DNA of 64,000 bases from Candidatus Marinacidobacterales bacterium (GCA_965219415.1 OZ244742.1:1184001-1248000), one strand, 5' to 3'; counted from the first letter of the stretch, positions 9,486-21,517 are shown. Numbers and translations are program-made. Notes: generated by a model not told the origin, from the letters alone.

Positions 9486-10829
9486 TCAGTTCTCTCGCTT
9501 CGAGAGACACTTCCGGATGATATCCAGCCCGGCATCAATCTCCTCTCGGCTGACCGTGAGCGAGGGCCGAAATCGCAGCGACCGCACCCCGCAACCGAGA
9601 ATCAGCAACCGGTTCTCATAGGCATCATCCCGAAGCCGATCGCGGGTGGCCCGATCCGGGAGGTCGAAGGCGCACATCAAACCCCGGCCTCGCACGTTGG
9701 TGACCAGTTCTGGGAACTCCGCGCGGAGCTCCTCGAGTGCCGCCAGTAGGTAAGAACCGGCCGTCGCCGCATTCTCGACCAGCCGCTCCTCGTCGATGAT
9801 CTCGAGGTACCGTTGGAACCGAACCATGTCGGTTAAGTTCCCACCAAAAGTAGAATTGATTCGAGCCGACTCCGCGAAGACGTTCTTCTCGACCTCGTCG
9901 AGACGACGGCTGGCGAGTAAACCACAGACCTGAGCTTTCTTCCCGAAACACAGCACGTCGGGTTGAACTCCGAAATGTTGGTAGGCCCACATCTTTCCTG
10001 TGAGGCCCACGCCGGTCTGGACCTCGTCGAGGATAAAGAGGAACTCGTTCTCATCGGCCAGGTCGCGAATCTGCTGGAAGAACTCCTTGCGAAAGTGGTT
10101 GTCGCCCCCCTCTCCCTGGATGGGTTCGAGGATGAGCCCGGCGATGTCGTCCTTGTTGTCGTGAAGCGCTTGCTTGATCTGCTCAACCGCTCGACGCTCC
10201 AGCTCCACCACCGACCTCTCGGACTCCTCGTCCAACGGAAAGTGGATCTTGGGGTTGACGATTCGAGGCCAGGGAAACTTGGGGAAGTATTGAATCTTTC
10301 TCGGATCGGCGGTGTTGGTCATGGAAATCGAATAACCGGTTCGCCCGTGGAAAGCCTCCTCGAAGTGAATCATTTGCTGCCCACGTTCGCCTGAGACACC
10401 GCGCTCGATGTTCTTCCGAACTTTCCAGTCGAAGGCCGCCTTCAGCCCGTTTTCTACCGCTACAGTTCCCCCCGCGACCAAAAACAGGTGCGGCAGGTCT
10501 TCGGGGATGGCGATCCGCGAAAAGGTCTCGACGAACTCGGCCATCTCGACGGTATACACGTCGGAGTTGGTTGGATTATGGATAGCCACTCCGGCCATTT
10601 TGGTGCGAAACGAATCCTCTCGAACGCGAGGATGATTGAGCCCGACCGGGTTGCTGGCAAAGAACGAAAAGAAATCCAAGAACTTCGTTCCAGACCGACT
10701 GTCGAAAAGATACGCTCCTTGACTGCGCTCGAGGTCGAGCACCAAGTCGTATCCATCCGCCAGTAAATGCTCGCCCAGTCCCGCATGCACCTCACTGGGG
10801 CTTATCTTTTTCGACTTCGTTTTGACCAT
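9486..10829 (-). CDS. lat: L-lysine 6-aminotransferase (class III PLP enzyme)
   Basis: AVENGLKAAFDWK, FHGRTGY, EPIQGEGGD, DEVQTG, FGKK, RINSTFGGN. Confidence 0.88.
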   Translation of the reverse strand: MVKTKSKKISPSEVHAGLGEHLLADGYDLVLDLERSQGAYLFDSRSGTKFLDFFSFFASNPVGLNHPRVREDSFRTKMAGVAIHNPTNSDVYTVEMAEFVETFSRIAIPEDLPHLFLVAGGTVAVENGLKAAFDWKVRKNIERGVSGERGQQMIHFEEAFHGRTGYSISMTNTADPRKIQYFPKFPWPRIVNPKIHFPLDEESERSVVELERRAVEQIKQALHDNKDDIAGLILEPIQGEGGDNHFRKEFFQQIRDLADENEFLFILDEVQTGVGLTGKMWAYQHFGVQPDVLCFGKKAQVCGLLASRRLDEVEKNVFAESARINSTFGGNLTDMVRFQRYLEIIDEERLVENAATAGSYLLAALEELRAEFPELVTNVRGRGLMCAFDLPDRATRDRLRDDAYENRLLILGCGVRSLRFRPSLTVSREEIDAGLDIIRKCLSKREN

Positions 10830-11127
10830 GACTCGCTCCTACTCAGGACGTCCTCGAGATTGGCACAACCCTAGACTCGAATTTGGGAGTATCGGATGAC
10901 TCGGCTGATTTCCGTTCGAGCGGCGATACCGGGCGGCTTAGGTAGCCCCGAACAGGTAGATCTGAAACAGAACGTGGTCTAGCTGCCTGCTAGCAATGTT
11001 CATCTGACTTGCCCCATTTTACCACCGCCTCCAGGCCACGGCCAGGCTCGCTTCCATGCCGCGACGAGAGCTATAATTCCCCCGGCTCTGTCGATGCGCG
11101 AAAACCCAATAGACTAGCGAGGAATCC

Positions 11128-12156
11128 GTGAGCGACGACTCATTCGATGAGGTGGACGACATCGGCTTCCTTCGCGACGCCCAGCTCTTCCGCGACATGC
11201 CCGATGAAGTCCTCCGCGCCATCTCGGCGCAAGCCAGAACCGTGACCTTCAACGCGGACGAGACGGTGGTCAAAAAGGGCGGCCCGGGTGACCGTATGTT
11301 CGTCGTGAAGAGCGGAGCGGTCGAGGTGCTAACCCCCACAGAATCGGAAGATGAGGATGAGGCTCGCCCGCTCGTCTACCTCGGCAAGGGGGAATGCTTC
11401 GGTGAGCTCGCCATCCTGACCGAGTCCGTTCGACAGGCGGATGTTCGAGTGCCCGAGGAAGCCCAGTTGCTGATCATCGAGCACGAGCTTTTCGATGAAC
11501 TGATGAAGGCTCACGCGGGCTTCGCCGGCCAGCTATGCGTCATCTTGGCGCACCGTCTGGTCAAGCTGCTTCAAGGCCTTCCCATGGACGAGAAGAAGGA
11601 GCTCCAGGGAAATCTGCAGAACTTCGACTTGGCTACCATCGTCCAGACGTTGATCTCTTCCGGCCAAACGGGCGTCATGACTCTGACGTTGGCCCGGAAG
11701 CCGGTAGCAAAACTCGCCTTCCATAGCGGCAACATCTTCCGCGCCAGCTATGCGAACCGGAGCGGCGATGAGGCGGTCCATCATCTCTTTCAAGTACCAC
11801 CGCAGGCGGAATTCCGCTTCTCTAGCACCGAGGATGAAGATAAAGGGAAGGGACCCGATCCGGGGATCACCGTGCCCGCCATGGCGTTGATGATGGATTC
11901 GGTCCGCCTGCAAGACGAGCTGTCCGTCTTGCGAGAGCAGCTACCATCCGAACGTACGAGCCTTAGGCGGGGGGACTCGGAGGATTTCACGCCTCCGGCC
12001 GATGGTGAAATCGGGAAAACCGCTCAGGCCATTTGGACACGCCTCGAGAAGCCGGCGACGGTCGGTGAGCTCATGGACGAGGCGGACTGGTGCCATTATC
12101 ATGCCGCCATCGCGTTGATCGGGTTATTGGAATCGAAACAGGCTCAGCCAGCTTAG
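11128..12156 (+). CDS. Cyclic nucleotide-binding domain plus DUF4388 protein
   Basis: GECFGELAIL...RQADV cNMP motif; LQGNLQNFDLATIVQTL...TGVM DUF4388 start. Confidence 0.85.
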   Translation: MSDDSFDEVDDIGFLRDAQLFRDMPDEVLRAISAQARTVTFNADETVVKKGGPGDRMFVVKSGAVEVLTPTESEDEDEARPLVYLGKGECFGELAILTESVRQADVRVPEEAQLLIIEHELFDELMKAHAGFAGQLCVILAHRLVKLLQGLPMDEKKELQGNLQNFDLATIVQTLISSGQTGVMTLTLARKPVAKLAFHSGNIFRASYANRSGDEAVHHLFQVPPQAEFRFSSTEDEDKGKGPDPGITVPAMALMMDSVRLQDELSVLREQLPSERTSLRRGDSEDFTPPADGEIGKTAQAIWTRLEKPATVGELMDEADWCHYHAAIALIGLLESKQAQPA

Positions 12157-12173
12157 CATTCGAGAGGAAACTC

Positions 12174-13094
12174 ATGAGGATTCCCCTTCTTCTGTTGCTC
12201 ATCACGTTGCTGGCCGGTCTCGCGCCCGCTTGGTCCCAAAACGCCCAAGAAATCGAGGCCACCGAAGCCCCCGCCGACCTCTCTTTCCCAATTCCCGAAA
12301 ACTTGGTGCTCGATTTCCGTGTGTTCGAGTCGCGAACGCAATACCCCGACTACGACGCGATGGGAGCCCTCAACTTCTTCATCAACACCGACGGGCGAAC
12401 CGTCACCGCAACGCAATGGCCCGGCACCATCGCCAAGAAGGTGCCGGAGACTTTTCTCGCCGCGTTGATCTACGACACGGTGGCGGTGGTGGACGGCGTC
12501 AGCCGCTTCGAGTGGAGCAAGGGGTCTCGAAGCATCAAGTCCGAGATTCGAATCGAGAAGTTCCATCCGGCGGGAACTTTCAAAGCCCAGCTCGAGTCTC
12601 AGTTCGTGCGGGGTAGCCGTACGATGAAGGAGCTGTCACGCGAGCTCGAGCTACAGATAAAACGGACGGCGGTTTGGAGCACTACTGAGCTCGAGATGGC
12701 CGCCACCGATTACATCTCACACTTCCGCGAGTACAAGGATCGCGACAATCGGGGTCAACTCTACGAGATGCTGCGCCCTTACACCTTTTTCCTGATCCTC
12801 GCGGTGACCCCCCGCGTCCTGACCGCAGAAGAGGCCGTTCCGCCTCGAGCGCTATCGCTTCCCGCCGATGCCGAGCTGCCGCTCTTGGAAAACCCGACCG
12901 GCTTCCCTCTACAGGGAACCATCGTTCTGGGCTTCGGCGTCGATGAGTCCGGGGCGCCGGTGAACCCGCAGGTCCTCCGCTCTACTCTGCCCGAAGCCAA
13001 CATTCAGGTCCTCGAGCAATCGGCCCTGTGGCGGTTCCCGGCTTCGGTAGATCCCGGCCGCGGCGAGATCGAGATCGAGCTCGAAGTTCCCTGA
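12174..13094 (+). CDS. Exported protein with C-terminal TonB-C-like domain
   Basis: Signal peptide MRIPLLLL...AWS; QGTIVLGFGVDESG...WRFP. Confidence 0.65.
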   Translation: MRIPLLLLLITLLAGLAPAWSQNAQEIEATEAPADLSFPIPENLVLDFRVFESRTQYPDYDAMGALNFFINTDGRTVTATQWPGTIAKKVPETFLAALIYDTVAVVDGVSRFEWSKGSRSIKSEIRIEKFHPAGTFKAQLESQFVRGSRTMKELSRELELQIKRTAVWSTTELEMAATDYISHFREYKDRDNRGQLYEMLRPYTFFLILAVTPRVLTAEEAVPPRALSLPADAELPLLENPTGFPLQGTIVLGFGVDESGAPVNPQVLRSTLPEANIQVLEQSALWRFPASVDPGRGEIEIELEVP

Positions 13095-13220
13095 GGGCCG
13101 CCTGGCGAGGCTGCTAGCGGCAAGCGCCCGTTTTGGCGCCAGGCACTCTTAAGCTGTTCCTGCCGAAGGTCTTAGCTTTTTGACTCACCCCAAATCTCAT
13201 GCTAACTTGCTGACCAGGGC

Positions 13221-14534
13221 ATGGAAACAACTCTTTCTCAAGACCAATTAGTTCTGGTCACGCTCCTCGTCAAACTCGGCGTGATGGCGTCCATCGCCAG
13301 CCTCCTGGGCCGCTTCGAAGCGTTCAAAAGGCTGCTTCAACGTGAGGAGCTCACGCTCACCGAGAAGTGGATCTTCGCTTTGTTCGCCGGCATGCTGCTA
13401 TCGAGCGGAGTCGGCATTCGAATTCTCCTGAATTACAACGCCGCCGACCTGTCCTTGTCGGGAACTCTTCTGATCGGGCTACTGGCGGGACCCATCGCCG
13501 GAGCGGCAGTGGGATTGATGGTGGGGGCCCCGGCAGTGGGCCACGGCGAGTTCATGGCCTTGCCGCTCGGCGCCCTCTACGGCGTCGCCGGAGGCATCGT
13601 TCGCGAGCTCTGCCGCAAGGAAGACATCTGGAGCTTTTCCCCGCTGATTTTTCTCAACCTCTACCGAATCGGAAAGACCGCCATCCGCGACCGCATCTTC
13701 GATTGGCAGGTCGTGATCTTCGGCGTGACTGTGGCACTCGAGTCGCTCAGGATCTTCGTGGGCTCGGAGCTGCTGCCGGGCACGGTCTTCTACTTAGGCT
13801 CCAACAACGCGTGGGTGATGTTGGCCATCTACATCTCGACCCTTTCGTGTCTCGGCATTCCGCTCAAGATCTGGCACAACATCCGGCTGGAGCAAAAACT
13901 GCGAGACCGAGAGGTTCTGGTGGTACGGGCGCGGCTCAAGGCCCTCTCCAGCCAGATCAATCCTCATTTCTTGTTCAACACCTTGAACTCCGTGGCTTCG
14001 GCCATTCGTACCGACCCCGAGGTGGCGAGGGGCTTGATCCGCAAGCTCTCCAGCATCCTACGAAAGCTCACCCAGGAGCAGGAGAACTTCATTCCCCTGC
14101 GGGAGGAACTGGAGTTCATCGACTCCTACTTGGACATCGAATCGGTCCGTTTCGGAAGCGGAAAGCTCGTCGTTGAAAAGGAAGTCGAACGGGCCGCGTT
14201 GGAGACCTTCGTTCCTTCCATGATCGTCCAGCCGCTAGTGGAAAACGCCATCAAGCACGGAATCTCGAAGCGGTTAGAAGGAGGGCGCATCATCATCCGC
14301 GCCCATAGCGAAGACGGGCGGGCGATCATCGAGATTGAGGATAATGGGACGGGCCAGCCTCAGGAATCTCAGGACGAGCCGGGGTTGGGAATTGGTCTAA
14401 CCAACGTCAACGAGCGACTTCAAGTGATTTACGGTGAGAAATGCCAGCTGGGACTCACTAGAATCTCGGGGCGGGGAACGGTGGCTCGGCTCGAGATCCC
14501 CCAGGTCGACTTGTCCTACCTAAGGGCGAGCTGA
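13221..14534 (+). CDS. LytS-family sensor histidine kinase
   Basis: TM N-terminus, SQINPHFLFNTLN, QPLVENAIKHG, GIGLTNV. Confidence 0.93.
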   Translation: METTLSQDQLVLVTLLVKLGVMASIASLLGRFEAFKRLLQREELTLTEKWIFALFAGMLLSSGVGIRILLNYNAADLSLSGTLLIGLLAGPIAGAAVGLMVGAPAVGHGEFMALPLGALYGVAGGIVRELCRKEDIWSFSPLIFLNLYRIGKTAIRDRIFDWQVVIFGVTVALESLRIFVGSELLPGTVFYLGSNNAWVMLAIYISTLSCLGIPLKIWHNIRLEQKLRDREVLVVRARLKALSSQINPHFLFNTLNSVASAIRTDPEVARGLIRKLSSILRKLTQEQENFIPLREELEFIDSYLDIESVRFGSGKLVVEKEVERAALETFVPSMIVQPLVENAIKHGISKRLEGGRIIIRAHSEDGRAIIEIEDNGTGQPQESQDEPGLGIGLTNVNERLQVIYGEKCQLGLTRISGRGTVARLEIPQVDLSYLRAS

Positions 14535-14535
14535 C

Positions 14536-15303
14536 GTGGCAATACGCGCCCTGGTGGTCGATGACGAGCGGTTGGCCAGGGATGAGCTCTGCTTTCTTCT
14601 CGAATCCTTCCCGGAGGTCGAGGTCGTCGGCCAAGCTAGCAACGGCCTCGAGGCGGTGACTCGGGTCCAGCAACTGCAACCCGAGCTACTCTTCCTAGAC
14701 ATCCAAATGCCCGGCCTGGACGGGTTTCAGGTTCTAAGAGAGCTCGTTGGCAAGGAGAGCGTCCCTCCGTGCGTGGTTTTCGTGACCGCCTACGACCAAT
14801 ACGCCATCCAAGCGTTCGAGATCAACGCGGTCGATTATTTGCTCAAGCCGGTCGAGAAGGTGCGCCTCGGCGAGGCCATCGCCCGTTCCCGGCGACTGAT
14901 TAGCGAAGAAGCGCCGCTGGCGGATCAGCTTGGACGCATTCTCGGCGCCCTCGACAAAGAGACGTCGCTCAAGCGCATGGTCGTCAAGGTCGGCGAGCGC
15001 TTCATGCTCGTGGACTCGAAGGACATCATCTACGCAACCGTGGAAGGCGGCATCGTGACCGTCGCTACCGACGAGTGGACAGGGACTTCCAATCTCCGCA
15101 CTCTGGACGAGCTCATCGCCAACCTCGACCCCGACGTGTTTTGGCGCGTGCACCGTTCTTACGTCGCAAACCTGCGGCGCATCAAGGAAGTGATTCCCTG
15201 GTTCAATCGCACGCTGCAGCTCAAGATGGCCGATGAACGCGAGACCGAGATCCCGGTGTCACGTTCCCAAACGCGCCGGCTAAAGGAGCATTTCAAACTT
15301 TAG
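14536..15303 (+). CDS. LytTR-family response regulator
   Basis: VDDE, FLDIQMP, TAY, LLKP receiver motifs; FWRVHRSY and IPVSR LytTR motifs. Confidence 0.95.
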   Translation: MAIRALVVDDERLARDELCFLLESFPEVEVVGQASNGLEAVTRVQQLQPELLFLDIQMPGLDGFQVLRELVGKESVPPCVVFVTAYDQYAIQAFEINAVDYLLKPVEKVRLGEAIARSRRLISEEAPLADQLGRILGALDKETSLKRMVVKVGERFMLVDSKDIIYATVEGGIVTVATDEWTGTSNLRTLDELIANLDPDVFWRVHRSYVANLRRIKEVIPWFNRTLQLKMADERETEIPVSRSQTRRLKEHFKL

Positions 15304-15398
15304 ATCGGCGGAACGGCTCACCGTTTCGGATCACGTGATCCAGAAGAGGCGTGCCCCTCCTCGGGCCCCATAACTCTGGATTGATGACCAGCGCCCCT

Positions 15399-15626
15399 CT
15401 AACTGAGCTCTCGGAGACGCTTCCAACAACTTTCCTTCAAGGCCGCCCGTAACCCACCTTGCCCATAGCTGGCATCGCGCAAGCGGAAACGCGGCTTGCT
15501 GCCGTAGTCCTCGAGTGTGCGCCGCAACCCCTCCTCTAGCAAAGCACGGACCGTGATGGGCTCCTTCGCGGCAATCCGTTCGGCCTCGCGCAAAAGGGCA
15601 TCGGCAATCTCGACCGTCGTCTTCAT
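15399..15626 (-). CDS. VapB/DUF2191-like antitoxin, orphan and possibly degenerate
   Basis: MKTTVEIADALLREA...LLEEGLR ribbon-helix-helix pattern; no toxin ORF follows. Confidence 0.7.
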   Translation of the reverse strand: MKTTVEIADALLREAERIAAKEPITVRALLEEGLRRTLEDYGSKPRFRLRDASYGQGGLRAALKESCWKRLRELS

Positions 15627-15663
15627 ATGGGTAACCATTCTATAAAAGCCATATATGTTGCAA

Positions 15664-18600
15664 TCACTCTCCAGTTCTCGGTCTGCCGCGACCCAGACGG
15701 GTGAGGCGTTGCCTTGCATCCTCGACGGCTAGCTGGTGCTCAGAGTCCGCACCATCCCAGAGCTCGATGAACCGACGGTAGTGTTCGATCGCCTTCTCCG
15801 TATCGCCAAACTCCTCGTAGATTTGAGCCCGCCGAAGGTGAAGCATCGCCTTGTAAGGCTCATCCCACCAAACGAAGGATTCATACCAGCCGAGAGCTTC
15901 TTGATAGCGTCCCAACATCCTAAGGATCTCGGCTCGCAGGAAGCGCTCGCGGTTCTGGAGATAGAATCCGCCGGCAACCGAGAACACGAATTGACTCGGA
16001 TGGGCCCGCATTTCCGCCTCTTCGAGTAGCTGGAGTGCTACTTCCGAGCGGCCGGCGTTGAAAGCTATCTGCGCCCGTATGCCGCGGGCCAGGTCTTGCG
16101 GCAGCGACTCGGATAACTCCGGCCCCGAAAGCTGCTCCAGTTCGACCGCAAAGGGCTCGGCAAGACCGCCTTCGCCCAATTCAGTACCCACCAAACCTAA
16201 TAAATAGACACGAAGAATAGGATGGAGTGCCGGTGGAACCGGAAAGTAGAAATCGGGCGAGATGCTCGATCGGGTCGAAGCCGGATCCCAATCCATTAAT
16301 TCTTGACGAATCGTTTCGAGGTCGGAGCGGCTTCGGGTGACAAAAGGAAGGGCCGCGCTGTCCGCCAAGAACTCTATGCTCTGTGCGGGATAGACAGACG
16401 CCGCTTCGGCAAAGTGCTGCTGCGCTTGTTCCCAATTCTCTCCCCTTGTAGCCAAGCGTCCGAGAAACAAGTTTCCCAAACCTCTCAGATCCGGCGGACG
16501 AGACGGTTCCGTCATAAGCTTTACGATCGACGGCACGGGTCGTCCGAAAGCGAAACGACCGATCTTTCCGAGGGCACGGTCGCCTGCGGTTCGCAGCTCG
16601 GCGGTAACGCCCTCGATGGCCCGATCGTCCTTCCGCCGAAACGCATCCAAAATCCGCCCTTCTGGGCTTGCCTGAAAATCCGGCAACAAACGTACGAGAC
16701 GTTCCGCTTCTTCAACCTCCACTACCCGAGCCAGCGCGAAAACGATTTGCCTATTCTGAGGATCGAGCTCGATAGCTCTTTCGAGATACTCTCTCGCCTC
16801 GGTCCGGGGACGCCCGAGCCTCCAGTTGTAGAACATCTTGGTGGCGCCCAGCATGTACAAAGCATCGATGTCCTTGGGCTGTCGCTCGAGGATGGCCTCA
16901 AAGAGTTGCTCGGCCTGCTCGCCGAGGCCACGGTTCATAGCGTCATAGGCGCGAAGGCGAAGCCGGTCACGCTCCGCCAAACGTTCAGCGTGCTCCAAGG
17001 CCCGATCCAAGAACTCGAGCGTCGGATGCATTTCCCAAGCAAAGCCGGCGACGTAGCCGAGCTTGCCCCAGGCGAGGGCAAAAGTAGGATCGAGTTCGAC
17101 CGCTTTCTCGAAGGTGAGGCGCGCTTCCTCGAATTTCAGATCTCTGAGAGCCCTTTCGCCTTGGAGATAAGCCTTCAAGGCCGGTAGGGACTCCGTAGTC
17201 ATGGCGGCGATGGTGCCGAGCTGTCGTTCCGCCCCGCTTCCCTGGCCGGCCAACAGCTGCGCCGAGAGATTATCCACCAGCGAAAAGAGATCATCCTCGC
17301 TGCCCTCCGCACTAGCCCGCGAGGATGCCGCCGCCGTTCCAGTCGCATCGTAGACTGTTGCTTGGATGCGTAGCCGCCCGCCCGCTTCGACGATCGATCC
17401 CAGAACATAATGTGCCGCATTGAAATGTTGGGCGATTGCTTTTCCTGCCGCGGGGTCGATCTCTCGGGTTTGTTGCTCGTTCACATGTGCCAGCAACGTC
17501 TTCGGATCGACGGTCGGTACGGAGTCAGTATCTAAGGTGGTACTGAGAAGATCGACCATGGCTTCGTCGAGATAAGCAAAGTCGCCCCTTCCTCGCACGT
17601 CGAAGGGTAGTACAGCGATCGCCCTCGGCAGGATCTGATCGACCGCAGGAGAGTTTCCGTTCGCGATCCAAATCTGCCAAACGACAACCGCGACGAGTAG
17701 TACTCCAACGAGCGTAGCGGTCGCACCTAGAAGTCCCGGTCCCCTTTTGGCACTGACGGCCGGGCGAACCGTGGTCACGGCCGTCTCGTCGCTCGGGGTC
17801 GAAAGCGCGTCGACGAACTCGCCTATGGAGGAATGCCGGTCCGCGGGCACTTTGGCCAGGGCATGCAGGATCGCATGCTCTACAAATTCCGGAACGTTCG
17901 GGCGTACTGTGCGTATTGGTGGCACGGTATCCGTTAGGTGACGTGCCAGAACCGCCTGAGTCGTGCCTCCACTGAACGGAGGATGCCCGGCGAGAATCTC
18001 GTAGAGAACGCACCCCAGACTGTAAATGTCACTCCGCCGATCTACTTCACGCCCGCTCGCCTGCTCCGGGCTGATGTAAGCCGGCGTTCCCATCGCCATG
18101 CCCGTCTCAGTCAGCTTCTCGTCGCCGGCGTCCGCAGCCGCGGTCGCCAACCCGAAATCCGCGACCATGGCGCGTCCCTCGGAGAACAAGATGTTTCCGG
18201 ACTTGATGTCACGGTGAACGATCCCTTGTTGGTGTGCGTGGTCGAGGGCGTCCGCCACTTCTCGCGTGATTCGAAGCGAGTCATCGAGGGAAAGTTGTTT
18301 TTCGCGCTGTAGCTTGGTCGCGAGCGTCTCGCCATCGACGTAAGGCATGACGTAGTAGAGAAGCCCGCCGGCCTCGCCCGAATCGAAGAGCGTCAGAATG
18401 TGCGGGTGCTGAAGACGCGCTGCAGTGCGAATCTCCCGCAGGAAACGTTCCGTCCCCAGCGCTGCCGCGACCTCGGGACGCAAGACCTTGATGGCTACGA
18501 GCCGATCGTGCTTGAGATCGCGGGCTAGGTAGACGACGGCCATCCCGCCACGGCCCAACAGCCGCTCGATCCGGTAGCTATCGCCTAGTGCGGATTGAAA

Positions 18601-18818
18601 CGTCTCGAAGAGACTCCCGTCATGGGCCTCACGCCGAGCTTCCTCGCCAAGAAGCTTCTCCAGGACGTTCCCACCACCTCCGCGAGCAAAGAGAAGGGAG
18701 TCGACTTCATTCTTGAGATCGGTATCGGAGCCGCAGGCCTCGCTAAGGTAGGACGTGCGCTCGCGCGGTGATCGATCGAGTGCCCCGCCTTGACGCGCTG
18801 CCAGCGGTCCGGTTTCAC
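15664..18818 (-). pseudogene. Membrane Ser/Thr kinase with TolB-N-like and TPR extracellular region; frameshift near the start
   Basis: GRGGMAVVY, HRDIKSGN, DFG, GTPAYISPE; TM; IAVLPF; frame is open upstream of 18558 (ERTSYLSEACGSD..L..EVDSLL) but the start MKPDRWQRVK at 18818 is in another frame. Confidence 0.8.
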
Positions 18819-18876
18819 GGGTCTCTATTATGTTCGATTCTGGCAGGTGCAGGTTAAAGGCTAGCTCGGCGCCTAG

Positions 18877-21517
18877 CTAGTGGAAGTTCGTTACGACGAA
18901 GAGGTCGGCGCCCTCGCTGGAGTCGGACCTCTCGTACAAAAGCCATTTCCCATCCGGTGAAACGGCTAGCCCGCCGTTCCCAACACGCTTGCCGAGAAAA
19001 ACGACCTCCGTGGTAGTTTCCGATTCCAGATCGAACCGCTGGGCGAATGCACCGTCCGGTCGGCCGAAGTCGATATACAAGATGCTTTGCCCCCAGAGGG
19101 TCCAGTTGGTCGACCCGATGTCTCGCTCCAAAACGATCTCTTCCCGGTCTCCGTCAGTGGTTGCTCGGAAGATAGTCGCCGGGCCGAACTTCTTCGTGTA
19201 GTAGATAAATCGCCCGTCGCTGGACAGGAAAAACACGTAAACTGTCTTCTCCATCACTCGCTGAGCCTCGCCGCCGGCCGCGGGGACCCTCCAGATCCCC
19301 TTTTCCAGTTGGCTGACGTAGATCCACCGACCGTCGGGGGACCAGATCCCGCCACCGCCCTCCGCCATCAATCTCGGATCAAATCCGCCGTCCACGTCGA
19401 TGACATGGGCTGTGTGGATTCCCGTCTCCATAGTATCGGTGAAAACGATTTGGTTGCCGTCGGGGGACCACTGAGGCCACAGGGCCCTCGTTCCTAGGTT
19501 GGGAAACCGACAGCACGCGTCTCCTTCGCTCGAACAGACCCAGATCTCATATCGTCCCATTCGTTCCGATACAAAGGCTATTTCTCGCCCATCCGGGGAA
19601 AACCTCGGCTGATGGTCTCTGCGGCGGGAGGAGATAAATCTCTTGGCTTGCACCGGTCGTCCCGCGGCTGGCCCGCCGACCCGCCAAATGTCACTGTTCC
19701 CCACGGATTCGGAGTAGACCAACGTCTCCCCTGATATGGTGACCCCGTCCGCATTCTCCCCAAAGGGAACAAGGGAAGGCTCACCTCCGGTTGCCGGGAT
19801 GCGCCACAATCGACTCCGGTCGCTCTCCTCTCGCCACGAGACAAACACAATCGATTGGCCGTCTTCAGTCCAGTCCAAACCCGAAATATAGACCTCATCA
19901 TGAGTCAGCCTCGTCGCCTCTCCGCCCTCGACAGGCTGGAGGAAAACCTCATCGTTGGAACCCTTTCCACTTTCGCGAAGGAAGGCGAGGGTTCGTCCGT
20001 CGGGTAAGAAAACAGGACCGTGGTCAGCGATCAACAACCCCGGGTCGGCGTCCGGGAAGGGCGATGTGACTCTCCGTTTTTGGCAGGTGTCCATGGAAAT
20101 GAGAAAAATGGCTCGGTGTCCTTTCTCCTCCCAGGTATCTACAGTCGCCAGGTACTTGCCGTCCGGCGACCAGTCCAGCCCTTCTCCTCTCCCGGTCCGT
20201 ATCGTGGTGATCCTCCTCTCGGACCCGCCGAGCTCGGGGACGTTGAAGATCCCGTTTTCGTCTTCTCCCTCCAAGTAACGCAAGAAAGCAACCTCACTGC
20301 CATCGGGCTTCCACGTTGGGTGGGCGATTCCGCCTGAGGCCACGCGTAAAGGCTCGCCTCTTCCGCCTCCGCCCACGGCGTGGACGAAGAGCCCTGGCTC
20401 CTCAGCATCTGTTCCACTCCACGCGAACGCCACTTTGGTTCCATCCGGAGACAGGGCGGGATGGTACTCGCTTCCCGGGAGATCCGTGAGCGGTTTGGGT
20501 GGTTGTGGTGGTGGTCTCGTATCTCGAAAGATCAAATAGGCCACAATGCCAATTGCCAGTGCCACGACGGCCACGATCGCCCATCTCACTCGGAAAGGCC
20601 CACTTTCCTTCCGCAAGTCTTGAAGCGCATCCACCGACACGAACTTCCCGGAGTCCATCTCATCTCGAACGTCTTTGAGCGTCACCAAGAGATCGCCCAT
20701 CGATTGCCAACGACGGTCCGGATCCTTTCGCAGCGCTCGCAGAACGAGCTTTTCCAAATCGAGCGGAATCGACGGGGATAGCTCACCCACTCGCTTCGGC
20801 TCGTCGCGAAGAATGGACGCGAGAATAGAAAGCGTCGTGTCACCGGAGAACGCTTGTCGACCGCTGATCAACTCGTATAAGACCGCGCCGAAAGAAAAGA
20901 TGTCGCTCCGAGCATCGACCGTTCGGCCTTGCGCCTGCTCGGGAGACATGTAGGCCGGCGTTCCCAGGATGAGACCCTCCTGAGTCAAAGGAGCCTCTCG
21001 GTCCTTCGTCGCTCCTTCTTCGCTAGGCTCGGAGGCTTCCGTCAGCTTGGCAAGACCCAAGACCAAAGTCCAGAATCTTCACTCGCGCGTCGCTGGTCAC
21101 CATCACATTGTCCGGCTTCAGATCCCGGTGCACGATGCCTTCTTGATGGGCACGCGCCAGTCCATCGGCGACTTGGATGGCGATATCGAGCTTCTTGGGA
21201 AGGTCGAGCTCTCCCAAGCGGATGACCTCGCGCAGTGTGCGTCCCTCCACGTACTGCATGACGATGAAAGAGACGCCTTCTTCTTCGGCGATATCGTGGA
21301 TGGTAATGATATTGGGATGATCGAGAGCGGAAGCGGCGCGCGCCTCTCGGATGAACCTCGCCCGCCTTTCGGGATCGGAGACCGCGTCCGGGGGCAAGAC
21401 CTTGATGGCGACCGGCCGCTTCAGCCTAGTGTCGAGCCCTTTGAAGACCTCGCCCATGCCCCCGGCACCGAGCCGTTCCTCGATGCGGTAGTGGGCGAGA
21501 GCGTCGCCAGGCTTCAT
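18877..21517 (-). pseudogene. Membrane Ser/Thr kinase with PD40/TolB-like beta-propeller, frameshifted
   Basis: Kinase N-half 21023-21517 and C-half 18877-21066; 7-bp tandem duplication CAAGACC at 21051-21064 in the DFGL codons; repeated (W/F)SPDG motifs. Confidence 0.9.

Noticed and set aside
10835-11020. Possible lysine riboswitch upstream of lat
   Set aside because: No recognisable conserved lysine riboswitch elements by eye; needs an Rfam scan
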